This document shows positions 54,331 through 63,351 of a DNA stretch of 64,000 nucleotides, in pieces; position 1 is the stretch's first letter, and the number at the start of each line of letters is the position of its first letter. Made by a program: the position numbers and the translations under genes. Below the pieces are notes generated by a model that ran no database searches, was not told the origin of the DNA, and worked only from the letters and a program-made list of their open reading frames with translations. The stretch is from Chloroflexota bacterium (GTDB lineage: Bacteria > Chloroflexota > UBA5177), in the NCBI GenBank assembly GCA_035295425.1, contig DATGJB010000149.1, forward strand, positions 8,509 through 72,508, in the 5' to 3' direction.

Positions 54331-56694
54331 GTGACAGAGAACCAGATACCAACGCCGGTTGAGCCGGCGTTTTCTCATTTCTTCAGCTTTCCCTTCGACG
54401 ACTTCCAGATCGAGGCGATCGGTCACATCCGCGACGGCCGCTCCGTCATGGTGGCGGCGCCGACCAGCTCGGGAAAGACGGTGGTGGCGGAGTACGCGCT
54501 GTGGAATGCGCTGCAGCACGGCTCGCGCGCCATCTACACGACGCCCATCAAGGCGCTTTCGAACCAGAAGCGGCGCGACCTCGAGGCACTCTTCCCGGGG
54601 CAGATCGGTCTGCTTACCGGGGACCGCAGCGAGAACCCGGATGCCCCGATCGTCGTCATGACGACCGAGGTGCTCCGCAACATGCTGGTGGAGGATCCGG
54701 ACAGCCTGAGCTGGGTCACTTGCGTGGTCTTCGACGAGGTGCATTACCTGGCCGATACAGATCGCGGGACGGTCTGGGAGGAGGCGATCATCACCTGCCC
54801 GCAGCAGGTGCAGCTGGTCTGCCTCTCCGCTACCATTGCCAACGCCGAGGAGATCGCCGCCTGGATCGGCGAGGTTCACCGCGATATCGCGCTGGTCCGG
54901 CACGACGAGCGGCCGGTGCCGCTCGAGCACTTCTACTACACCCAGGGCAAGCTCCATCTGGTCCGCGATCAGTGGGGCGAGCGGCGCGCCATGTTTGTCC
55001 GCGAGGGCCGCTCCGTGACGCCCTATCCCGCTCCGGTGGTGCGGGCACTCGACGAGACCGGACTGCTGCCGGCGATCTGGTTCGCCTTCTCCCGGCAGGC
55101 GGTCGAGGATGCGGCCGGCGCCTGCGCGCGAGCCGCTCCCGCGCTCTCGCCGGGGCAGCGTCACCGCATCGACTCCGCTATCGCCTGGACGCTCGATACC
55201 CTGCCGGCGGAGGACCGTAACCTGCCGCAGCTCACGCTCCTGATGCATCTGCTGCGGCGCGGTGTCGGCTTCCACCACGCCGGCCTCCTGCCCCCGCTCA
55301 AGGAACTGGTGGAGCGGCTCTTTACCGAGGGCCTGCTCTCGGTCGTCGCCGCCACCGACACGCTCGCGGTAGGGATCAACATGCCGGCCCGCACCGTCGT
55401 CATCAGCAGCCTCTCCCGGCCGCTGGGCGGCATCCTCACCCCCAACGACTTTAGCCAGCTGACCGGCCGCGCCGGCCGCCGCGGCATCGACCAGATGGGC
55501 GCGGTGGTCATGCTGCCCTCACGCTTCCACTCCTTCGAGGAGGCGTACCGGGAAGTCTGCGCGCCCCTCCAGCCGGTGCTCAGCGCCTTTCGCCTCCGCT
55601 ACAGCACGCTGCTCTCCGTGATGGAGGGACCGCGCGGGCACGCCGAGCGGCGTCTGGATCAGCTGGTCCGCTCCAGCCTCCGCCAGTTCCAGATGAAGGC
55701 GGCGGCGAGGCGAGGCGAGGCCCGCATCGAGCAGCTGCGCGCCCAGCTTGCCGAGCTCGGCCACGGCGCCGGGGAAGACGACCTGGACGAGTACCTGGGC
55801 CTGCAGAGCCGGCTCTCGGAAGCGGAGAAGGAGCAGAAGCGGGCGCGGCGTGCCCGCGCTCGCAGCCCGAAGAACCCTCAGCTGACCCGGCGCTACGAGC
55901 GGGCCAGAGAGGAGCGCGAACGCCTGTCACTGGCGCTGCGCCGCCATCCTCGCCACGGAGTCGCGGCGGAGACCGAGCGCTACGACCCGGAGCGGCTGGC
56001 GCTGCTGCGCCAGATCAACAAGCTGAAGGCGCGCGTGCAAAACGCCGAGGCGGAGTGCGACCAGGACGCCGCCGAGACGGCGGAAGCGGTGCGCTCGGTG
56101 CTGACGGCGCTGGGCTACATCGCGAAGCGTGGCATGACACGCAAGGCCTGGGGATTGCGCGAGATCGTGGCGCCCTCCGGCATCGTCCTGAGCGAGCTCT
56201 ACGAGCGCGGCGCCTTCGACAATCTTGATGCCGCCGAGCTGGCCGAGGTCGTCAGCTGGTTTGCCTGCGACGCGCGCCGCCGTGACAATAGCTACCGGCT
56301 GCCTCGCCGCCTGAACCAGCTGCGCCGCCGGGCGATCGAGACGTTTCGGTCGATCGCGGCACTCGAGGAGGCGGAGAGGATCGAGCTGGCCCAGGGACCA
56401 AGCGACTGGTTCTACGGCGTGGCACTCGATTGGTGCCACGGCGCCTCCATCGAGGATATCACCGCGCGCGTCGATCTCGGCGAGGGCGACGTCGTCAACC
56501 TCCTGAACAAGACTGTCGACCTGCTCGACCAGATGGAAGGCATGCTGGCCCGCTACCGCGATGACCGGCTGCTCGACATCGCACGGCAGGGCCGGACGCG
56601 GCTGGTCCGCGGCCTGGTGGCCATGGTGCGATCCGGCGATAGGGAGATCGCGCGCGAGACGGCGTCGTCGCCGATCGCCGCAATCGGACCGTAG
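54331..56694 (+). CDS. Ski2-like DEAD/DEAH-box helicase (HelY-like, SF2)
   Basis: Motif I is AAPTSSGKT and motif II is DEVHYL. SAT, HHAGLLP and TDTLAVGINMPA are present. The C-terminal DSHCT-like segment is WCHGASIEDI...GDVVNLLNKTVDLLDQM. Confidence 0.9.
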   Translation: MTENQIPTPVEPAFSHFFSFPFDDFQIEAIGHIRDGRSVMVAAPTSSGKTVVAEYALWNALQHGSRAIYTTPIKALSNQKRRDLEALFPGQIGLLTGDRSENPDAPIVVMTTEVLRNMLVEDPDSLSWVTCVVFDEVHYLADTDRGTVWEEAIITCPQQVQLVCLSATIANAEEIAAWIGEVHRDIALVRHDERPVPLEHFYYTQGKLHLVRDQWGERRAMFVREGRSVTPYPAPVVRALDETGLLPAIWFAFSRQAVEDAAGACARAAPALSPGQRHRIDSAIAWTLDTLPAEDRNLPQLTLLMHLLRRGVGFHHAGLLPPLKELVERLFTEGLLSVVAATDTLAVGINMPARTVVISSLSRPLGGILTPNDFSQLTGRAGRRGIDQMGAVVMLPSRFHSFEEAYREVCAPLQPVLSAFRLRYSTLLSVMEGPRGHAERRLDQLVRSSLRQFQMKAAARRGEARIEQLRAQLAELGHGAGEDDLDEYLGLQSRLSEAEKEQKRARRARARSPKNPQLTRRYERAREERERLSLALRRHPRHGVAAETERYDPERLALLRQINKLKARVQNAEAECDQDAAETAEAVRSVLTALGYIAKRGMTRKAWGLREIVAPSGIVLSELYERGAFDNLDAAELAEVVSWFACDARRRDNSYRLPRRLNQLRRRAIETFRSIAALEEAERIELAQGPSDWFYGVALDWCHGASIEDITARVDLGEGDVVNLLNKTVDLLDQMEGMLARYRDDRLLDIARQGRTRLVRGLVAMVRSGDREIARETASSPIAAIGP

Positions 56695-56721
56695 CTCCCG
56701 GCAGACACGGGAACTCTTGCA

Positions 56722-57138
56722 CTACCTCGCTGCGGGCAAGACCGTGAGCGTCCCCTCGCCGCGTGCGACCACGTCAAAATGCCGCCGGTCGGTCGTCAGT
56801 ACGCGGCCGCCATGCCGTTCGGCCGCGGCAACTACCGCTGCATCGGGCAGGTCCAGACCAAGATCCTCATAGCGTGTGAGCAGCGCTGAGATTCGGGCCA
56901 GATCGTTCTCGCCGCAGTCGAGGGCATACTGGCCACTGTGAATGTCTGTTAGAACGCTCGTAAGAATCGCGAGCGCCCTTCGGCTGCGTGCTGCGATGAG
57001 CCAGGCGATCTCGGTAAGGGTAACCGCCGGAATGAACCAGGGTCCCACGTCATCCTCGAGAACGCCGCGTGCCGCCGCGTGACAGGGGTCCGACCGGTTG
57101 GTAACCGCCCAGAAACCAGAGGTATCGAGGGTGATCAC
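56722..57138 (-). CDS. vapC: PIN-domain ribonuclease toxin (VapC family)
   Basis: The 138-aa product has acidic residues in the expected contexts: ITLDTSG, TLTEIAW and VLTTDRRHF. The GTG start forms a GTGA overlap with the upstream stop. Confidence 0.85.
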   Translation of the reverse strand: MITLDTSGFWAVTNRSDPCHAAARGVLEDDVGPWFIPAVTLTEIAWLIAARSRRALAILTSVLTDIHSGQYALDCGENDLARISALLTRYEDLGLDLPDAAVVAAAERHGGRVLTTDRRHFDVVARGEGTLTVLPAAR

Positions 57139-57389
57139 TCCGGTTTCCAGTGCGCTCGCATGTATTCCTCGGTTTGGTCACTGGGTAGGTCTGGATCATC
57201 GATCGCACCCAGGCTGCAGGGCTGGGGGCGTGGCCCTGCGGCCGGGTCGCGCAGCTGCTCAACTGCAGAAAGCGGAACGAGCCGCTGCCGCTTGTCAAGA
57301 GGATTGGAGAAGGTCGGTATGGCGCCTTGGCGCACCAGCCGGTAGAGTGTCATCCGGCTGATGCCGAGTCGCCTTGCGGCCTCCGTCAT
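57135..57389 (-). CDS. HTH (excisionase/MerR-like HTH_17) antitoxin partner of VapC
   Basis: MTEAARRLGISRMTLYRLVRQGAIPTF is the HTH. ATG 57389 has GGAG 8 nt upstream and is preferred over ATG 57407. Confidence 0.72.
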   Translation of the reverse strand: MTEAARRLGISRMTLYRLVRQGAIPTFSNPLDKRQRLVPLSAVEQLRDPAAGPRPQPCSLGAIDDPDLPSDQTEEYMRAHWKPE

Positions 57390-57522
57390 TGTGATCGCTC
57401 CATGCATGCCTCAGTGTAAAAGATACGTCTAAACCCGTCCATACAGGTATCGCCCAACTTAGCGGCGGGTGGGATTGAGTCCAGGCAGGAGCGCTGAGCT
57501 ATAGTCTCGCGGGGAGACTCCG

Positions 57523-58308
57523 ATGGAGACAGGGACCGGAACGCGCCCGCGTGAGATCACCATCACGCCGCTGGGCGAGAACATATACGGCATCGAGGCG
57601 CCCTGCGAGCCGGGGGTGGAAGTGCGGGCGATGCTGGTCTGCGGCGACAACTACTCACTGCTGCTCGATACGTTGCTCCGTCCGGCTGATCTGGACGCGG
57701 TCCGGCCGCTGGTCGAGAGCAGAAACCGGCCGCTGCTCATCGTCAACTCGCACGCCGATTGGGACCACTGGTGGGGGAATGCCGCCTTCCCCGATGCCCC
57801 GGTGATCGCCCATCGCCTGACCCGCGAGCGACAGCTGCGCGAGGGAAGGCGATCGCTCGCTGCGCAGCGCCGCAAGGATCCGGAGACCTTCGCCGACGTC
57901 GTTCTGCGACCGGCCACGATCGCCTTCGACGGGCGGCTCGAGCTCGAGCTGGGCGGTCTGCGCGTCGAGCTGCTGCCCGTACCCGGCCACACCGCCGACT
58001 GCATCGTGGCGCTGCTTCCCGACCGCCGCCTCCTCTTTGCCGGCGACGCGGCGGAGAACCCGATCCCGCTGCTCAACGATGGCGTCATCGGCGACTGGCC
58101 GGACCGGCTGGCCGGGCTGGCCGAACGCGTCAGCGCGGTCGTCCCGGCCCACGGCGCCGTCGCCGGACCCGACCTGCTGAGCCGCAACGCCCGCTACCTT
58201 CGCGACCTCACCGAACGGCCGCAGACGCCGGTTCCGGAGCTGGCCGGCGCCACCGCCTTCTACCGGCGTGCCCACCGCCGCAACCTGCGAGCGGCGGCAC
58301 GATCCTGA
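57523..58308 (+). CDS. MBL-fold metallo-hydrolase
   Basis: LLLDTLL...IVNSHADWDHWWGN is a variant of HxHxDH, and a downstream PVPGHTADC is present. GGGGAGA SD lies upstream. Confidence 0.8.
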   Translation: METGTGTRPREITITPLGENIYGIEAPCEPGVEVRAMLVCGDNYSLLLDTLLRPADLDAVRPLVESRNRPLLIVNSHADWDHWWGNAAFPDAPVIAHRLTRERQLREGRRSLAAQRRKDPETFADVVLRPATIAFDGRLELELGGLRVELLPVPGHTADCIVALLPDRRLLFAGDAAENPIPLLNDGVIGDWPDRLAGLAERVSAVVPAHGAVAGPDLLSRNARYLRDLTERPQTPVPELAGATAFYRRAHRRNLRAAARS

Positions 58309-58515
58309 GCTGACCTCGTGCCGGCAGTGACGTCACTGCGCGGCGACCAGAGCGCCCATTTCGCCCGCGACGCCCCGCATTGCGCGATCGGCGTGCGCCT
58401 GAAGGACCAGACGGACCACATCCCGCACTGAGACGAAGTCGATCGACCAGGCGCCGCTCTCGGGAAGACGTCCGCTATCCTGGCTGCGTAGGACATCCCT
58501 CCCACGAGCAGCCCG

Positions 58516-59766
58516 ATGGATCGGCCTCCCGATCAGTCCGCCCCCATCCCTCTCTGGCGTAACCGCGACTACATGATCCTGCTCAGCGGGCAGACGATCT
58601 CCTACGTCGGCTCCTTCGCCTCGCAGATCGCCTTCCCCCTGCTGGTGCTCTCCATCACCCACTCGTCGCTGCAGGCCGGTCTGGCCGGTGGCCTGGAGCG
58701 GGTACCGTTTCTCCTCCTCACCCTGCCGGCCGGCGCGATGGTCGATCGCTGGAACCGCAAGCTGGTGATGATTCTCTGCGACACGGTGCGCGCCCTGGCG
58801 TTCGCCGCCATCCCGCTCGCCGGGGCCACGGGACGGCTCGGCATGCCGCTGCTGTACGGAGTGGCCCTGGTCGAGGGTGTGGCTTTCGCCTTCTTCAATC
58901 TCTGCCAGGTATCGGCGCTGCCGCGGGTGGTGCCGCCGGAGCAGCTCCCCACGGCTACCGCTCGCAACCAGGCCGGCTTCGGCGCCGCCGTCTTCGCCGG
59001 TCCGCCGCTCGCCGGATTGCTCTTCGCGCTACAACGCACCCTGCCGTTCCTCGCCGACGCCGTCTCCTACGCCATCTCGACGATCTCGCTGCTGTTTATC
59101 AAGACCTCGTTCGAGGGCGACCGCTCCGCGCCGCGCCGGCCAATTCTTCCCGAGATCAGGGAAGGGATCTCCTGGCTCTGGCAGCAGCCGCTGATCCGCT
59201 TCATGGCGTTTCTCACCGGCGGCATCAACCTCCTCGACGCCAGCTGGGCGCTGGTCTTGATCGTCCTGGCGCAGCGAGCTTTCCATGCATCTTCCGGCGC
59301 CATCGGCCTGGTACTGGGGGTGAGCGCAGTGGGCGAGATCGCAGGCTCGTTCTTCGGCGGCTGGATACAGAAGCGCCTGAGCTTCGGCCGGGCCATTGCC
59401 ACCTCCTGCTGGGGCTTCGCCATCGGCTGGACTGCGATTGCCGCCGCGCCCAACCTGCCCGTGGTCGTCCTCCTGGTTGCCGTGGCCGGCTTCTCCCTTC
59501 CCACCTACGATGTCGTGCAGGTCAGCTACCGGCTGGCGCTCATCCCCGACGAGCTGCAGGGGCGGGTAAACAGCGTCTTTCGTCTCATCGCCGCCGGCAC
59601 CATGCCGGTTGGCCAGGTCCTGGTCGGCGCGCTGCTGCAGTGGAGCGGTCCGCGCGCCACGATCCTCTGCGTCGGGGCCGGTCTCGGCTTGCTCTCCCTG
59701 ACCGCCACGCTGAATCCGCAGATCCGCCACGCCCCACCCATCGAGCAGGCAGTGGCGATGAGCTGA
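58516..59766 (+). CDS. MFS transporter (EntS/DHA3-like)
   Basis: About 12 hydrophobic helices are visible. The N-terminus is WRNRDYMILLSGQTISYVGSF, and a GAMVDRWNRK loop motif is present. Confidence 0.88.
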   Translation: MDRPPDQSAPIPLWRNRDYMILLSGQTISYVGSFASQIAFPLLVLSITHSSLQAGLAGGLERVPFLLLTLPAGAMVDRWNRKLVMILCDTVRALAFAAIPLAGATGRLGMPLLYGVALVEGVAFAFFNLCQVSALPRVVPPEQLPTATARNQAGFGAAVFAGPPLAGLLFALQRTLPFLADAVSYAISTISLLFIKTSFEGDRSAPRRPILPEIREGISWLWQQPLIRFMAFLTGGINLLDASWALVLIVLAQRAFHASSGAIGLVLGVSAVGEIAGSFFGGWIQKRLSFGRAIATSCWGFAIGWTAIAAAPNLPVVVLLVAVAGFSLPTYDVVQVSYRLALIPDELQGRVNSVFRLIAAGTMPVGQVLVGALLQWSGPRATILCVGAGLGLLSLTATLNPQIRHAPPIEQAVAMS

Positions 59767-59906
59767 CGGTCTGTCCAGAAAGCTGTGCGCGATGGGCGGC
59801 GCATCGGCAACCCTGGCTACCCTTCCGCGCACGCCCAGCTGCAATTCACCGTTATCGGTGGACAGGCCGTAGCATCGGGTGAACCGAGCGCAGAAGGGAG
59901 ACTGGA

Positions 59907-60878
59907 ATGATCGAGCGGAGTGGTGCTGTCAGCGAGTACCTCGATTACTCTGGCCGCGAGGACCGCTTGAGCGGCGGAGTGACGATGGTCCCGATCGATA
60001 CGCCGCGGGGAACCTTCCGCGTCTGGACGAAGCGAATCGGGAACAACCCGCGGCTGAGAGTCCTGCTGCTGCACGGCGGCCCGGGGTCGACTCATGAGTA
60101 TCTCGAGGCATTCGACAGTTATTTCCCCGCGGCCGGCATCGAGTATTACTACTACGACCAGCTGGGCTCCTTCTACAGCGACCGGCCGGACGAGCCGGAG
60201 CTCTGGGAGATCCCGCGCTTCGTGGACGAGGTGGAGCAGGTGCGACGCGCGCTCGGGCTGGGTCGTGAGTGCTTCTACCTGTACGGCCACTCGTGGGGCG
60301 GCATTCTGGCGATGGAGTACGCCCTCGCCCACCAGGAGCAGCTGAAGGGCCTGATCATCTCCAACATGATGGCGAGCGCCCCCGCGTATGGCGAGTACGC
60401 GCGCGATGTGCTCATGCCGGAGATCGAGCCGGCGGTGCTCGACGAGATTCAGCGGTACGAGGCCGCCGGTGATTACGAGAATCCACGCTTCATGAAGCTC
60501 TTGCAGGAGCATCACTACGTCAATCACGTGCTGAGGCTGCCTTCCGAGCACTGGCCGGACCCGGTCAACCGCGGGTTCGCCCATATCAATCCGAGCATCT
60601 ACATCCCCCTGCAAGGCCCGAGCGAGCTGGGTATGAGCGGCAAGCTGGAGCGATGGGACCGCACGGCCGATCTGCATGAGATCACGGTGCCGGCGCTGGT
60701 GATCGGAGCGCGTTACGACACCATGGATCCGAAGCACATGGAAGGGATGGCGTCGTCCCTCCCCAACGGCCGCTACCTCTACTGCCCGCAGGGAAGCCAC
60801 CTGGCCATGTACGACGATCAGGAAGTCTACTTCGACGGGCTGATCCGCTTCATCAAGGATGTGGACGCGGGGCGCTAG
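59907..60878 (+). CDS. Proline iminopeptidase-family alpha/beta hydrolase
   Basis: LLLHGGPGSTHEY, a GHSWGG nucleophile elbow and a C-terminal GSHLAMYDD are present. GAAGGGAG SD lies upstream. Confidence 0.88.
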   Translation: MIERSGAVSEYLDYSGREDRLSGGVTMVPIDTPRGTFRVWTKRIGNNPRLRVLLLHGGPGSTHEYLEAFDSYFPAAGIEYYYYDQLGSFYSDRPDEPELWEIPRFVDEVEQVRRALGLGRECFYLYGHSWGGILAMEYALAHQEQLKGLIISNMMASAPAYGEYARDVLMPEIEPAVLDEIQRYEAAGDYENPRFMKLLQEHHYVNHVLRLPSEHWPDPVNRGFAHINPSIYIPLQGPSELGMSGKLERWDRTADLHEITVPALVIGARYDTMDPKHMEGMASSLPNGRYLYCPQGSHLAMYDDQEVYFDGLIRFIKDVDAGR

Positions 60879-61038
60879 TAAGTCGCTTGTATGGGGAGTT
60901 GCTTTTTCCGTCACCATGCGCCTGGGGACCGCGTTCACCGCCGATGACCTGACCTGGCAAAGTTGGTAGGCTCACAGTTCCACCTCCTACTCTCGGCGAG
61001 GGAGAGCGACGACGAAGGCATCAGACGTTCCGCGAGCA

Positions 61039-61860
61039 GTGGCTGCGGGTATAGCTACAGGCGCAGCGCTTAACCTGCGGGTCGATGAGGCGATTGTTCT
61101 TCACGACTCGAACCGACTCGCGGTGCGCCTGCTGCCGTGTGAGGTTCTTGCTCGGATCGCGCCTCTGACGCATCGTGCTAGCGCCGAGTTCGAGGTCGAG
61201 ATCGCACGGCGGCTCGCCGAAACCGATAGCCCGGTGGCTGAGCTCGAGCCTCGGGTGGATCCGCGCGTCTACGTGCGCGACAGCTTCGCGGTCACGCTAT
61301 GGACCTACCACGAGTCTGTGCCGTCCCGAGACATCGCGCCATCCGACTATGCCCGGGCGCTCGAGGGGCTTCATGCCGGCATGCGGCAGATCGATGTGAC
61401 TGCGCCGCACTTCACGGACCGAATCCAGGAGGCGCAGTGGCTGGTTGGCAACCGCGCCCGTACCCCAGAGCTGGCTGACGCCGACCGGGAGCTTCTCAGT
61501 GAGACGTTGAGAAGCCTGAGGGGCACTATCGGTGAGCGCCCTGCCGATGAGCAGCTGCTGCACGGCGAGCCGCATCCGGGGAACCTGCTCAGGACGAAGA
61601 AGGGGCTGCTGTTTGTAGACCTCGAGACGTGTTGTCGCGGACCCATCGAGTTCGACATCGCTCACGCACCGGATGACGTCAGCGAGCACTATCCGGCGGT
61701 GAATCACGACCTGCTTCGCGAGTGCCGGATCCTTGTGCTTGCGATGATCGCAACGTGGCGCTGGGATCGAGCCGACCAACTCCCGAACGGTCGCCAACTG
61801 GGTACAGAGTGGCTTAGCCAGATCCGAGCAGCGCTCGATCGCGGCGGACCCGCTGCCTGA
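61039..61860 (+). CDS. Aminoglycoside-phosphotransferase-family (APH/ChoK-like) kinase
   Basis: A Brenner-like [10 protein letters not shown] motif and FVDLET are present. The start is GTG. The substrate is unknown. Confidence 0.78.
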   Translation: MAAGIATGAALNLRVDEAIVLHDSNRLAVRLLPCEVLARIAPLTHRASAEFEVEIARRLAETDSPVAELEPRVDPRVYVRDSFAVTLWTYHESVPSRDIAPSDYARALEGLHAGMRQIDVTAPHFTDRIQEAQWLVGNRARTPELADADRELLSETLRSLRGTIGERPADEQLLHGEPHPGNLLRTKKGLLFVDLETCCRGPIEFDIAHAPDDVSEHYPAVNHDLLRECRILVLAMIATWRWDRADQLPNGRQLGTEWLSQIRAALDRGGPAA

Positions 61861-61871
61861 AGGACGAGCTC

Positions 61872-62264
61872 TTGGCCATCCTGGCAACCCTACCCGAGCC
61901 GGACATCCCCCCACCCCGGGAGAATCGACGGTGCCGGCAGCGCTGGCAAGAGGAACTGACCATCCGCATCACCCTCCCCCAAGACCTCCCGCCGCGGCGG
62001 TCGCTGCTCGTCTGGGATAACCTCACCGGCCACTACACCGTCGACCTTATCTCGTGGCTCTTCGACCACGGGATCATGCCCCTCTTCACCCCACTGGGCG
62101 GCTCCCACGTGAACATGGCGGAATCGATTCAGCGCATCCTCAAGCGACGCGCACTGGACGGCCAGCGTCCCAAGACGCCGGAGGAGATCATCGAGTGGTT
62201 GGAGGCCACAGCGGACGGCTGGAACCGACAGCCGACGCCGTTTGAGTGGGGTGGCAAGCGATAG
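61872..62264 (+). pseudogene. Truncated IS630-family DDE transposase (C-terminal ~110 aa only)
   Basis: [51 protein letters not shown] matches the DDE_3 C-terminal region. The N-terminal HTH and the first catalytic Asp region are absent. It begins 11 nt after the APH-like stop. Confidence 0.7.
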
Positions 62265-62414
62265 GCGCGACGCGAGCGAGCAAGACGTCATGCCGTGGGA
62301 GGCTCAGGTGCCTACGCCCAACGGCCACTCCCGTGACGACGGCCAGCATGAAGCGATGGTGACGACCAACACAAGCGACCAGCCAGAGGTTTGCTGCCGG
62401 TTTCCTGTGTCCCG

Positions 62415-62744
62415 TCAGGCGTGCTGCGAGGAATCGAAGAGCGCCGGCGACTCGCGGGTCAGGCGGACCGCCCGGGCGACGTGCGCCGCGTTGCGGGTGA
62501 GCGCCGGTACGCGCTCGACAATGCGGGATGGAATGAGGAACCAGCGGCCCGATACGAGCGGCAGCGTGCCCTCGGCGGTGCCGGCGTAGACCTCTCCCGG
62601 CGTGGCCGAGTTGACGTAGTAGGTATCGGGCAGCGTGAACTCGCCGGGAACGCATGGATTGAGACTCGCCAGGTCCTCGACAACCACACCGCGGTCGCAC
62701 AGCCAGCGGAGTGATTGAAGCGCTTCGACGTCGTCTATCTGCAT
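62415..62744 (-). CDS. Hypothetical protein, 109 aa
   Basis: ATG 62744 has GAGGAA 4 nt upstream. The upstream part of the listed 245-aa ORF overlaps the cNMP-binding gene out of frame and was discarded. No family was recognised. Confidence 0.5.
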   Translation of the reverse strand: MQIDDVEALQSLRWLCDRGVVVEDLASLNPCVPGEFTLPDTYYVNSATPGEVYAGTAEGTLPLVSGRWFLIPSRIVERVPALTRNAAHVARAVRLTRESPALFDSSQHA

Positions 62745-62797
62745 GGTTTCCTCAGAGCGGGCACGAGGGTTGCGGCCCGGTTTCACATGAAACGGAG

Positions 62798-63232
62798 CTA
62801 GGAGAGCAGCGCCGCCCGGGCGTCCGCCTCCCGCAGCCAGTCCACCACCACCGGCAGGATGGCAAGCGCGACCTCCGGGTAGGTCCGGATCTCGGCCAGG
62901 AACTGGCCCTTGTCGAGCAGCACGGCGGTTGTCGGCTCGACCGCCGTCACCGTTGCCGATCGCGGGCGATCGTCCAGCAGCGACAGCTCGCCAAACGTCT
63001 CGCCCGGCCCCATCTGCCGGATCTCCACCTCGCCGTGCGGCGAGGATTTGGTGACCTTCACCCGCCCCGACTGGATGCAGTACAACCCCATCCCCATCTG
63101 GCCTTCCGACACGATCGCCTGGCCCGGCTCGTACGATCGCGTCATCGCCCATCGCGACATCGACTTGATCTGCTTCGGCTCCAGGGCACGAAACAGCGGT
63201 ACCCTACGCAGCGTAGCTTCAGCGTCGTCCAC
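62798..63232 (-). CDS. Stand-alone cyclic-nucleotide-binding domain protein
   Basis: VPLFRALEPKQI...FGELSLLDDRPRSATVTAVEPT is the canonical cNMP-binding cassette. At 144 aa there is no output domain. Confidence 0.85.
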   Translation of the reverse strand: MDDAEATLRRVPLFRALEPKQIKSMSRWAMTRSYEPGQAIVSEGQMGMGLYCIQSGRVKVTKSSPHGEVEIRQMGPGETFGELSLLDDRPRSATVTAVEPTTAVLLDKGQFLAEIRTYPEVALAILPVVVDWLREADARAALLS

Positions 63233-63351
63233 TCACGCCTCCCGCCTCTCCGATATTGCGGTCCCGATGGGCGAATCATAGGCGCTGTCGCCGGATTTGG
63301 TCAAGCGGCCACCTGTTATGGTGATGCGCGCCCCACCAGGAGGAGACCATC

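Noticed and set aside
53408-56694. Hachiman-like pair (small protein plus Ski2-like helicase)
   Set aside because: The upstream protein has a secretion signal and lies 270 nt away, with a promoter in between. The helicase has a HelY/DSHCT-like C-terminus, consistent with a housekeeping RNA helicase.
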